DNA of 49,158 nt, counting the filler, from Streblomastix strix (taxonomy: Eukaryota): assembly GCA_008636045.1 (NCBI GenBank). It is 3 parts of 3 records of this genome, joined end to end, with 100 filler letters (N's around TTAATTAATTAA, not from the genome) between each part and the next. Parts side by side here need not be neighbours in the genome. Positions count along the whole stretch, not along the records: positions 16,423 to 32,741 come from SNRW01000836.1; positions 32,842 to 49,158 come from SNRW01000837.1; 1 more part is not named here. One strand, written 5' to 3'. A program made the translations under genes and the position numbers. Below are positions 27,341 through 39,531 of the stretch, piece by piece. Under the pieces are notes generated by a model. That model was not told the DNA's origin and ran no database searches. It saw only the letters and a program-made list of their open reading frames with translations. Every line of letters starts with the position of its first letter. Position 1 is the first letter of the stretch.

Positions 27341-29296
27341 ATGTCATTCGCTGCTAGTGATTATCTTAAATGTTTTGTTTCTGCACAACACTCAGACTAT
27401 ATAAATTCATATTCATAACTATAAGAAGTTTTACATACTTAAACAATTATACCTTAGCCATTCAGTATATCAAAATAATAATTCTTTGACTAACCAGTAA
27501 CATAACTCACAAATGATGGTTCACATTATACTAGAGCTCCACTTGCGGCTTGTGGTACAGCTACTTGTTCTTGTGTTCAAACTTGTTAGATTAGTTGACA
27601 AATAATTATTCCATGTGATACACTAGCTATACAGGTTAATTTAGTAAGAAGTGATGGAGCTGAAGCTGGTAGTGTATAAGCTAGACAAATAACAAATTAT
27701 TGTGCTGTAAATACTGGATTATATGAAACAGATACTGCTCACACATTGGCTTCACTTGCAACAGGAGATATATCATAACCTTATACTCCAGATGAACATA
27801 TTAAATTTTGGTTGGGTTTCTCTACGGCTTGTGGTCCATTTAATTAAATAGCTATTTGTAAAGATTCATAGAAATTTTGGGATACTTCTATCTATGCTAG
27901 AGAATAAGCAATAATAGCTTCAAACTCTCTTACTGACCAATGTACGGCTAATTCTGTGACTGTATCTCCACTTGAAAGTATAGTATAAGGTAAACGTCAT
28001 TGTGGAATATTTATTGATATACCAATTGCTGATATTTCTTAAGTTGGTGCTTTTAACTATCTAATTCCTTATGATATAATTTTTAGTGGAGTAATGGATT
28101 TGAACTAATTAAATCCTATCTTTAATTCTTTCCCTGTAACGACAAGAAACTATGCTTCATTATATTTTCAATTATGGATGTAGGACTTCCTGTAAGATTT
28201 GAAAGTTGTTTGGTTAAATAAATATAATCCACTTACAAATATATATCTTGTGTATACAATGATTCCATCTGAAAAGCCAGATGTAATTTTCTTGAATAAC
28301 ATAGCAAAAAATAATTATTAACAGTAAAATATTCGATTAGTTAATATGTAAGGTAAAGCAAATACAGCAACTAATCCAACCGCAACAATAAGCCAAATCA
28401 AAGAAGCTAGAATATCAGAACTATATATAAATAATGTTTGTTTTAGTATGGAGAATGAAGAAGTAAAAATAGATATGATACGAAGCCAAAGAATTATTAA
28501 TTTCCCAACATAAGTCTTACGAACTTAATCATCTAACTATCCAGCAAGTAATATCGGAGATGGTGGTGGTTTTATTTAAACAATAATGTCATTTGCAAAT
28601 ATCAAATCTATATTTGTTACTTTTGCTATGGCTTAATATCCAACATGGTTCTTTCCTGTTCTATTTAAAAATATTGACCTAATAATTGATTAAAGACATG
28701 TTATTCCTGCAGCATATCCTGCACTTACACAAGATGTTTATGGTTAGATATTTGACTGCTTTGTTGATTAGGATGTCGTTAGTGCTTCCTCTGATTTGTA
28801 TCATTCATTAGTGTTTGAAAATTAAAGTATTGACGATAAAGACTATCCTTATGGATTTGAAGGTACAGCAACTAAACTAGTAGAGAATGTGTTCTACAAT
28901 ACTACGTTGTATAATGGTTTTAAAGCAGTTAAAGTATATAATCCTAATAAGTTTATGTTTGCTTGGAAGTTAGCAACAGATGATTCGTTTATGAGAGGAT
29001 ATAACAGTTGTAAGATAGGAGCAAGAACAAATATATAAGTTTAAATAGGAATTACTCCTGTAATTGATATTTGTGTTGACGATAGTATAAGACCAGCTGA
29101 TGTAGATTAAAGTGACTTTAAATATTTTACATCCACTAGATGTTATCCGAATATCAAGAATGTTAAACTGACACCAGTGACACATTATCTATGCGACGGA
29201 ATTGTACGTATAATGTTTGACGATAATCCTGATCCATAAGTATTAACGTTAGAAGTAATCGGAGAGATAGGAGGTAGTGCAATTCGTTCAGGGTGA
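27341..29296 (+). CDS. Putative major capsid protein (~650 aa; one premature TGA at 27596-27598)
   Basis: Most conserved large gene between copies A and B (MSFAASDYLK...EIGGSAIRSG). Beta-strand rich. The TGA aligns with TGG in copy B. Capsid role inferred from context. Confidence 0.6.
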
Positions 29297-29330
29297 AAAT
29301 AATAATGAAATTTATTTTTACTTAATATAA

Positions 29331-29811
29331 ATGGATCTAATTTAAAAAGAAAAATTACTCAAAGAATTAACGACAAAAATAATCAAAGATAAATTTCAAG
29401 ATAAAAAGCTTTTGGAATAACATGAATTCATGATGAGAAGATTGTTATACAATAAAGAAACATGTCATCCATTATATTATGAGTTGGTTTAAATGAGCTA
29501 CAAGATTGATTAAGATACTATAAGTATTTAAACATTTAAACGATTAAGTGATAATGAAAAATATGTGAATAAACTATACAATGATAATAACCATGAGTAC
29601 GAAAGAATCTATAATTAAAGAAAAGAAGAATTAAATAATGTAAATACAAAAATAATAAAAATAAAATAGTTCCTACTAATGGAAGCAACAGACGAAGATA
29701 AACAAATATATAATTAGTTTGTATAAGAAGAGCCACACAAGTTGTTTTGTGAGTATTACTAGTTGTAAATCATAATGCCGAAAGAATAGATAGATAGTTA
29801 ATGTAGTTGAT
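29331..29811 (+). CDS. Conserved hypothetical viral protein downstream of the MCP candidate
   Basis: MDLIQKEKLLKELTTKIIKDKFQDK...HPLYYEL...KLFCEYY; homolog at 38435-38873; end approximate. Confidence 0.55.
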
Positions 29812-30000
29812 TACTTCTTTACATTTGTCTGATGGTATTAGTTCGGTATTATCATAATATTTATTTTTAATATCTTAAATCATTTGTTCATCACTGTCAT
29901 TAATTGGCTTGGTTAATGCCTCAAAGATATGGTAAATTTCCTTATTCGATGCATTAGTCTTTTTACCTATTTACAGAGCAACAGTTAGTAATTAATCCAT
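29770..30000 (-). CDS. Small conserved hypothetical viral protein (76 aa)
   Basis: MDQLLTVALQIGKKTNASNKEIYHIFEALT...KNKYYD...SDKCKE; homolog at about 38880-39135. Confidence 0.55.
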
Positions 30001-30517
30001 TTTAAATAAATAGAATATTATTATTTTTTTTTAATAGTTTAAAATGAATTCTTTAAAATCTATAGATAAACAAATACTTGATAATTAATAATACAAATAA
30101 GACATAATAAATTGTTAAAAAAAAGGATATAGATGAATATTTGAGATAATTGTTTAGATACTCAGTATATTTAGATAAATTTGCATCAATATTAAGTTAG
30201 TAAATAGAACCAATAGAAGAAAATATATATTATCTTAAAGGTCTTATTAAGTCTGTTAAGGTGCGAAAAATAATGTTTCCGGAAGGTTAACTATCAATTG
30301 AAGATGATAAAAATAAACGAGAAGAATTACTTATACTATATAAATAATAACTATAATAAGCTAGATATTAATTAAATGGCTTATAATCAGATTTAAGAAT
30401 AATAGAGTAATAAGAATAAAAGAATGTATGTAGAAGTAATGGATAAAGCAATCCATTTACTATTTTGAATTAATAATGAGATTATTAATGAGATTATTTT
30501 TTTCAAAAAAAAATGAG

Positions 30518-32741
30518 TCATGGAGAAACTGCACCTAATGTAATTGGTTTAGCTCTCCAATACACTTTAGGTCCATCGCTATAAAATCCACCATTTGTAT
30601 CTACACTATTCACACCCCATAATATTGGATTACCTGTTGAATAGTTAACTGATCCATTTGATGCTCCACTAGTTGCTCCTGTTCCAGCTATAACTGATCC
30701 GTTGAAACTTAATGTATTTCCATCAGCTGATATCATTGGTCCTTTATTATCTTGTACAACTTATGTACCAACTTCTATCCTAAATTCACCAGTAGATGTA
30801 TTTGCTATGTTCCACTAATCTGATAATGTTCCTGTAGTTGAATTTTGATCACAACCTAGATGAATTCCACAATAATTATTGATAGATCGTGCTATTCTTA
30901 ATCCTTAGTTATAATTATTTCCATTGGGATTTATTTAAACAAGCCCACATTTGACGCCTGCAAATGAATCAGATGAACCTGCATATAGAACATAATTAAT
31001 GACTAATTTAGAATCAGGATATTATTAGCTTAAAGTACTCCCCCGTTAATTAATATATAATGGAGTGCCAACTGGTAAGCTAGTATCAATAGTCAATATC
31101 ATTTCATTACTATTTACCATTTACTCCAAATAATAGTTATTATTATTGAATAGCTATAATAGATAATTTGAACCTGTTAGTTATATCTCAAATTAGTCAT
31201 TTTTGAATGTCTTTCTTCCATTAATTGTTCAATCAGTTCCAACATTCACTAATTCATTACCATTAAATTTTATTATTGAACTATCACTCTTAATCGATAG
31301 CCCCACGCTATGGTCAGCTTATCGTAAAGATGACGGTTTAATTGTCAGCGCATTATCATTTGTCTTGCTTATTTCCCATTGACCTGCTTTAGTTGTATTT
31401 ATAGCTGTAATATCGCATCCTAAATATAATGCTGATTAATTACTATAATTTCCTATTCAAATTCCATTATTATATGTAGAATAACTTCGATCTGTTGGAT
31501 TTACTTATAGCATATTATTTATTATTCCACCATTTCTTAAATTATATGAAATCGGTATTTATGTTTAGCTTCCACTAATTGAAGAAACAATATCCTATGT
31601 TAAAATCTCGGTAATTCGACTAATCCATGTTGTGCTTTATTTGCTGACAGAAACAGTTACTGATCCAGTACCAGTCATCATATGAATCCAAGCAGTATAT
31701 ACAGCTGAAGAATAAGAACCTGTATGCGTATGCAATAATTAATCAGCTCCATAATAAATATTATATGCTGGTTATACATAAGATGGAGCAGTAAATACAC
31801 CATAAAGTTCAACAATTCCATTAACAGTATAATTATCGACCAAGTCAATTGTTTACATCGAGTTTGTATTACATTATACTTAGAATTAAATATAAGGTGC
31901 TCCTGTACTTGCTCCTGTTGGAAATACACATAATCGAATATATCCACCTGAGCCACTTGAATATGTTCTAGAAATTTTACTATCTATTGTAGTTGTTTCA
32001 CCATTAGCGCATAGCACTTCCGTAGCCAATCCACCAGTCTTAATAAATTTAGTAGCTGTAATGTTTCCATCATAAGTTAATTACTATGGATGGACATGGT
32101 CATTTCTACAATAGTAATCACTCGTACCATTAGCCGCAGCAGTAGCATTTACTAACGGAACATTCACACTACTTGGATCAACATTTAATGGATGTTGGTG
32201 TGTAACGTTTGCATATACGTTATCTGTTTCAGCTGTTCCAGTTCCTGTATCTTTTAATGGAACATCACTGCTTAGATTTACATGATGTGTATGATCAGAT
32301 CTTGCTTTAGTGTTTGTTTCACCTGCCTCACCAGTTGCGGTATCTTACTATGGTAATACTATTGATACTTATAGTGGATGTTAATGGTCTCCACGACTAT
32401 ATTCCGTACTCACTCCTGCACTACCATAAACAATTGAGTTTTAAGGTATTACATCACTAGCTGGTGTTACTTAATCGGGAACGAGTTGATCTGTTTCAAT
32501 CCAATTTGTTTCATATACCCATATTAGTAAATCCTCTGCACTATACGCGTAATCACCCATAGCACTAGACTCTAAAGCTAGTATCTCATCATTCGTTGCA
32601 AAGTATCCTCTGAAATGTGTTTAACTCGATAACTCTTAATTTATTACTTGTTCATCTGTTTATAACTAACCAATGTCTTATATGCTAGTATTTATTTATT
32701 ATTATATCTGATATACTTATTATTCTAATAAGTTATTTTTC
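30518..32741 (-). pseudogene. Phage tail-fibre-like protein, copy A (5' cut by the gap; internal TGAs)
   Basis: Repeats YSRGDHQHP, ARSDHTHH, YANVTHQHP and YCRNDHVHP. Also FIKTGGLATEVLCANG, VNVGTD.TINGRKTF and C-terminal YWRAKPITLGAVSP. Confidence 0.7.
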
Positions 32742-32841
32742 NNNNNNNNNNNNNNNNNNNNNNNNNNNNNNNNNNNNNNNNNNNNTTAATTAATTAANNN
32801 NNNNNNNNNNNNNNNNNNNNNNNNNNNNNNNNNNNNNNNNN
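32742..32841. other. Artificial contig linker (N44-TTAATTAATTAA-N44)
   Basis: Same format as 16323-16422. Confidence 0.95.
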
Positions 32842-32856
32842 AAATAGCACTAAATT

Positions 32857-34320
32857 TCATTGAATATATTGCAACTCTAATAGCAAATTGTTATATATAT
32901 CCATAAACTAATTAGGTATTCTACGCCCAAAATTATCGTGCAATTTAAATACAAAGGATCTATTCATACCCATTAATCCAGTTTGTGATAGCATATTTTA
33001 ACCCCATAGCACTGGTGCACCGATTAGATTCTATTTATAACACTCATTCGAAAACCCAACGTTATTAATGGTTTACATTATTGAACCCATCATTTGATTA
33101 TCAACGCATATAATTAGCATCTGAGGATACTCTAAGAAATTACCGATGTAAGGGCAAAAGATAGATATATCCGATAATAGTGACTATTAATTGTATTTCG
33201 TTTTATAGAACCATTATTCTAGGTCGATTATTTTTTCGTTAGAGGTAATATTAGCCAATTGATTAGCGTTATTTTAGTTATTACCATCATACAAATCTAG
33301 TCCACCAGTTAATTATATGTATAAGTTGTTAGATAATACTATACTATTAACGTACCAACTTTAATGTGATTTGGTATTATACTTATTAACTACGGTTTGA
33401 ATATATTACCCATACTAATTTAATAGTTAACATTCAGTATATATATCCTTCCATTATTGTACATTTAATGCAGGTAATGAACATATCATTCTAATGGGGA
33501 ATGTATTAATGCTATTGTTAATTTATTACATCGTTAATGACTATACATTAATTGGGATAGTATCGGTTTCAATTAAATTACCATTAGTTAATGTTATCTA
33601 CTTCCCAAAATTATACCTTATATTAATGGAATATGACTAATCAGCACCTTATAGGGGTTCGATTGACGTTATGAAGTTATTGCCTGTTGGATCATATAAT
33701 CTTATTAGACCAATACATCGATAAGCTATTGCTAAATCAGGATCAACTATCCAATAATGATATAAGATAGCATCCATGCGTAAATTGATATTGTTTAATG
33801 CAGAACTACATATATCTGTACCATTATTTTTATTCAAGCTGTATGTGTTATTCTACTATTTTTGTGTATGTTCATTTATACCGTTATTGAAGCAGATAGC
33901 ATTGGAGTTAGTGCTGTTGATCAGTACGAAATACTATTCCTGTGGGTCAATGAACTCGTTAAAATTGGTTTATTTCAATGCGTTAACTGAGGGGTTATTA
34001 AGATATGACTATTTATTCGAATCTAATATATACATGTTATTGATTATAGTATTCATTTTAATTCTAATCGGTGGGATTTAATCAATAGCTTCTAGCTTAT
34101 AAGTCCCATTTGTATTCTTAATTTACTATCTCAAATTTAACCCTTTGATTTCATGCCTTAGTTCAATATAATCATCGTTAATGAAGAAGCATAGATTTAG
34201 GGGTATTTTGTTCATGCTATTGGTTTAGAATTATCTATATCCAGTAGGGGCTTGAGCTATCCATTCAACGTAATCCTTTTCGCTATCATTGTTGATTATT
34301 TACAATCCTATTTAAGTCAT
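32857..34320 (-). CDS. Conserved 487-aa element protein, candidate minor capsid (penton)
   Basis: 1464 nt from ATG to TGA; homolog of 23492-24963. Confidence 0.5.
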
Positions 34321-34344
34321 TTTAATCAAAAATAAACAAAGTCA

Positions 34345-35142
34345 TCAATGAATTGATCTATCTGTAATTGTCTATCTAATTTGATTCATTATCTCATCTA
34401 CATCTTAATCATTAGGTATAGTAAAACCAAGATTCTTCATTATAATACCTCTTTGATTTAACATATCCTTAATGATGTGATTAATTGATACCGCTATTGG
34501 TAAATTATTGATATAGATAGTTGATCTTTATTCTATTAAAGGGTATTCATTGATACTATTTTTATGTAATCTATGGACCTTATAATACCTCCCATCAATG
34601 TCTTCGTTAATGAGTTCAACTGAGTATATATAATCAAATTGCTTATCTTAAGGAACTAATCTAGGTACCATTTGTTGAATTGTATTACTATAGTCAGTGT
34701 TTTCACGTTAAAGCTGTTCATTTAATCTGCTTGTATTAGCCTCAAAGTTAGTGTGTGTTTGTTAGCTATTTTCGTTAATTGAGTCCATTATCTTTCTAAC
34801 TGTTACAGCATATTTAGGAGATATCCATATTGCAATGTAATTGATTAAAATAGGGTGAACATAATAACCTTTAAAATCATTAGCATATCCCTTATCAATT
34901 GAATACATTAATAGGCCCAATAAATTTCTCTCGGGCTACCTCTCATCGATTTCTGCTTTAATATGGTCCTTCCATCTATCTTATTTAATTAATGACCTGA
35001 ATTATTTGCTATATTGATAACAGAACTATGATACATTGATATAACCATCTGATTAGCGTACCAAGATAGTCATTCCATTATATGAAGCATTAACGAATTG
35101 TTCATTATTTTAGATTACAGTAGCAGTCTCGACTTGTGTCAT
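34345..35142 (-). CDS. KilA-N domain DNA-binding protein (265 aa)
   Basis: YNGMTILVRQSDGYINVSQFC...KGYYVHPILINYIAIWISPKYAVTV; intact 798-nt frame. Confidence 0.85.
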
Positions 35143-35548
35143 TTAGCTTATCGGTAAAATATTGAAAAAATAAATGAAGTGTAAAAATAGAATTCAAAGT
35201 ACATTAATATCGCTAATGATCTGCTTAATTGTATCACTTATTATCCTTTCATTAGTTTATATATTATATATTCGACTTAATGGTATCATTTGCTCTAGTT
35301 TATTAATGATTCGTTATTTAAGTATAGATTTATTCTATTTAACTGTTTCCCATAATTCTGATTGCTAATCCATTAATGTCTTTATCGTTAATATTTGTTG
35401 GTTATGTGTGTTAATTAATTGCTGCTCTTTATCGTGGCATTTATGATTCTAACAATCGCATTAATTTATATATCCATTGAGTTACATAGACTATAAGTCA
35501 TAATCCATTTTACATTCAGATAAAAAAACGAAAAATAAAACCGATATA

Positions 35549-35920
35549 TCAGATCCTTTCAATAAATGGGCTTAATTAACAATTATGTTCCTTTTCATAC
35601 TATTTTTTCTTCATATTCATAATCTCCTTATATATATACCTAGATATTGGTACTCCTTCAATGTCAGAATTAATGCAATCCTGAGTAAATTTATTCACTT
35701 TATTCAATTAATCCGTTATGATAAAATGTTATAGTTAATCGGAAGTATCTTACTGTTAATTATCATTGTTAACTGGAGACAATTAATCAATCATTTTATC
35801 GAGTTTTTTATTAACATCTTCTAATTATATCATTATCTCGAATCGATATTATGTTTCCTCTATCATCTTAAGTATTTAACACATGTAATCTTTTATGTCA
35901 TATATATCACCCTTATCCAT
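35549..35920 (-). CDS. Hypothetical viral protein (123 aa)
   Basis: 372-nt open frame with TAR=Gln. Confidence 0.5.
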
Positions 35921-36164
35921 TTTGAAATAGAATAAAAATATGTCAATTATTATGTAATTTATTAATCATATTACTATATTATATCTAAATCAACTCATTA
36001 AATATATCATATGTTTTATCTAGCAAATTGTGTATATATTTTAGACTTTCATTTATGACATTTATAGCATCATAATACTTAACGTTTTATTCATTGGCTA
36101 AATCCATTTAATATAGTGCAAAAATAGTAAAAAAATCATACTGAAAGTCAGAGCAACTATGTTT

Positions 36165-36374
36165 TCATTTAGGTCCATTACTGTATCGATCAACTCCACC
36201 AGCTATTCGTTACCCTACTCCCATAGCTGCTCCTACTCCCGGATGAATCATACTAACTGGACCTGCTAATGTACCCAATACCTTATTCAATGTTGGTGCA
36301 ACCCAACCTGCAGCTTTAGTTATACCGCCTAATATTTTGCTACCGAAATTTTTCAATCCAGACCAAAAACCCAT
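36165..36374 (-). CDS. 69-aa adenovirus protein VI-like amphipathic protein, copy B
   Basis: MGFWSGLKNFGSKILGGITKAAGWVAPTLNKVLGTLAGPVSMIHPGVGAAMGVGQRIAGGVDRYSNGPK-TGA. Confidence 0.75.
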
Positions 36375-36434
36375 TTATAATAATAAAAATGTAATCGATA
36401 TTACTAGTTAAGCTGTTTATTTTTTGTAATCTAA

Positions 36435-38405
36435 ATGTCGTTTGCATCAAGCGATTATTTGAAACGATTAGCCTCTGCACAACATTCGGATTACATTAAC
36501 TCATACTCATAATTCTAAGAAGTAATGTAGACTGAAACTATCATAGCATAATCATTTAGCATATCTAAGTAATAATTCTTTGATTAACCTGTAATTTAAC
36601 TTACGAATGATGGGGCACATTATACTAGAGCGCCACTTGCAGCAAGAGGAACTGCTACCTGTTCAATGGTTTAAACTTGTTAAATCAGTTGGTAAATTAT
36701 GATTCCAGCGAATACATTAGCTATATAGGTTAATGCCACAGCAGAAAATGGTGCATTAATTAATAATGTAAGATATAGATAAATAACAAACTATAATGCT
36801 ATTAATACAGGAGTATGGGTAACTGATTAAATAGTAACAATGGAATCTGATGCTACAGCTGCATCATAATAACCATATAATACTGATGAACACATTAAAT
36901 TTTGGTTAGGTTTCTCAACAGCTTGTGGTCCATTTAATTAGATTGCGATATGTAAAGATTCATAGAAATTGTGGGATACATCAATATATGCTAGAGAGTA
37001 AGCAATAATTTCATCAAACTCATTGACTGATTAATGTACCTCTAATTCTGTAACAGTTTCTCCACTTGAAAGCATAGTAGGGGGTAAACGACATTGTGGG
37101 ATATTTATTGATATACCTGTAAATAATATTAGTGTTGCAGGAGCTTATAATTATCTAATACCCTATGATATAATATTTAGTAGAGTAATGGTTCTGAATT
37201 AGCTAAACCCAATATTCAACAGCTTTCCTGTACTGACTAGAAACTATACGTCATTGTATATATAATTATGGATGTAAGACTTCCTATAGGATTTGAAGGT
37301 TGTTTGGTTAAATAAGTATAATCCAGTCGATAATTCATATCTAGTCTATACAATGATTCTACCAGAGAAACCTGATATAATTTACTTAAAAAATAGAGCT
37401 GTAGCAGTAGCTTACGATCGATATGCTATTAGATTGGTTAATATGGAAGGTAAAGCTAATACAACTACTATACCTACAGCTACTATAAGTTAGATTAAGA
37501 ACGCTAAATTTACTGAATTGTATATAAATAACCTATGTTTTAATATAGATAATGAAGCTGTAATTGGTGATATGATTCGTACTACAAGGCTCATTAACTT
37601 CCCCACATAAGTTTTACGTACTTAATCATCTAACTATCCTGCAAGTAATATTGGGGATGGTGGTGGATTTATTTAAACAATAATGTCATTTGCTGACATC
37701 AAGTCTCTATTTGTTACATTTACTATGCCATAATATCCTACATGGTTCTTCCCTGTTCTATTCAAAAACATTGATTTGATTATTGATTAATGACATGTTA
37801 TTCTAAGTGCTTATCCTGCATTAACGTAAGATGTTTGTGGTCAAATGTTTGATTGTTTCGTTGATTAAGATGTAGTTAGTGCCTCCTCCGATTTATATCA
37901 TTCGTTAGTGTTTGAAAACGAATCTATAGATGATAAGAATTACCCTTATGAAATTGAAATTGATGAAACAATTGGATAATTTAGACATGTATCAAACGTA
38001 TTTTATAATACTACATTGTATAACGGTACTAAAGCTATTAAAACATTCTATCCTAATAAGTTTATGCTTGTTTGGAAATTGGCTACTGATGATTCATTTA
38101 TGCGAGGGTATAACTCATCTAAGATAGGAGCAAGAACTAACATACAAGTATAAATTGGAATCACATCTATAGATAATATATGTACCGATAATGTAATTAG
38201 ACCTGATGATATCGATTAAAACAACTTCTAATACTTTACCTCCACTAGATGCTATTCCAATATTAAGAACGTTAAATTGACCCCATTAACTCATTATTTA
38301 TGTGATGGCATTGTTCGAATAATGTTTGATGATAACCCTGAGCCGTAAGTGCTATCGTTAGAGGTTCTCGGTGAGATAGGTGGAAGTGCTATCCGTTCAG
38401 GTTGA
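36435..38405 (+). CDS. Putative major capsid protein, copy B (~656 aa; one premature TGA at 37791-37793)
   Basis: Homolog of 27341-29296; the TGA aligns with AGA (Arg) in copy A. Confidence 0.6.
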
Positions 38406-38434
38406 AAACAAGCATTTATTATTACTTAATTTAA

Positions 38435-38873
38435 ATGGATCAATCTAAATCGAAGATATTCAAAGCGTTAACGACAAGGATAATGAAGGACAATTTTTAA
38501 GACAAATAGCTTATAGAATAACTTGATAGTGTGTTGAAGGAGTTAATTAATGTAGGTTAATCCAAAACATAAACGCATCCACTTTACTATGAGTTATCTA
38601 ATCTCAGTAACAACTTTGATATAATGAATGAACGACTATACTAGTTTAAGCGTTAAAGTGATATAGAGTAATATAACAATAAGCTATACAATGAAAATCA
38701 CTACGACTATATAAAAACATATAATAAATGCAAAGAAGAGATAAACATTAATCCAAAAATAATCAAGATAAAATAGTACCTATTAATTGATGCCACTAAT
38801 GAAGATAAATAGATATATAAATAGTTCATAGCTGAATAGAAGCATAAGTTGTTTTGTGACTATTATTAAATGA
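38435..38873 (+). CDS. Conserved hypothetical viral protein, copy B
   Basis: Homolog of 29331-29811 (ALTTRIMKDNFQDK...HPLYYEL...KLFCDYY); ends approximate. Confidence 0.5.
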
Positions 38874-38879
38874 ATTCAA

Positions 38880-39135
38880 TCATAACTGAGCCAATATAGT
38901 CAGATAGTCAATGTACTTGATTAGCTCTTTGCACTTGTCTGAAAGTATTACTTCATCACTATCATAGTACTTATTTTTGATCAATTAATACTCTTGCTAA
39001 TCGATGTCGTTAATGTGATCCGTTAATGCTTTATAGATATGCCATATTTCATTATCTGATGCGTTAATCTTATGACCTAGTTTTTTAAGCTATCGTAAAC
39101 AATTATCGTATAGCACTAATGTCCGATTAATCCAT
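38880..39135 (-). CDS. Small conserved hypothetical viral protein, copy B
   Basis: Homolog of 29770-30000 (KNKYYD...SDKCKELIKYIDYL); possible indel near the 5' end. Confidence 0.45.
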
Positions 39136-39531
39136 TTATATCTATATAAAAATAATCATCATAAATCATATGTCTATACATAATCAAAATATCCTGTATC
39201 CTCTGCTTCTCTTGCTGCTTTTAAATTATGTAGATGACATTAAATATTGCTAAGTAGTTTCATTTTTTTAATAAATTCTCTCCTTCTATATTGATTTATT
39301 GCTATATCTTATTTACTAACTGCTTTTAATTTATCATCATTAAGTGTTTGTATAATGTCTCTGTATTCATCTATTTGATCGTGTGATAAGAATAATATCC
39401 CCTCTCTATCTATATCAATCATATTAAAATTGTCACTCGAAATATTACCTATCAATGTTATCTCATCGTTTTCATTTATATGTATTGTATTATATCCTAT
39501 TTATGATTGGTAAATAAAAACAAAAAAATAA

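Larger units (their letters stand above)
16423..32741. mobile_element. Endogenous Polinton/Maverick-like virus, copy A (both ends cut by gaps)
   Basis: Compact, intronless cluster of pPolB, rve integrase, capsid candidates and fibre. Syntenic with copy B. Confidence 0.88.

Noticed and set aside
27596..27598. TGA recoded as Trp (in-frame TGA aligns with Trp in MCP A and in pPolB KY*YL)
   Set aside because: Other internal TGAs align with Arg or Gln (37791; fibre A), and all genes terminate at TGA. Random nonsense mutations explain the pattern better.
30044..30480. ORF-like stretch between the small conserved ORF and fibre A (counterpart about 39155-39500 in B)
   Set aside because: Early in-frame TGA or missing start and no recognisable motif; too weak to call.
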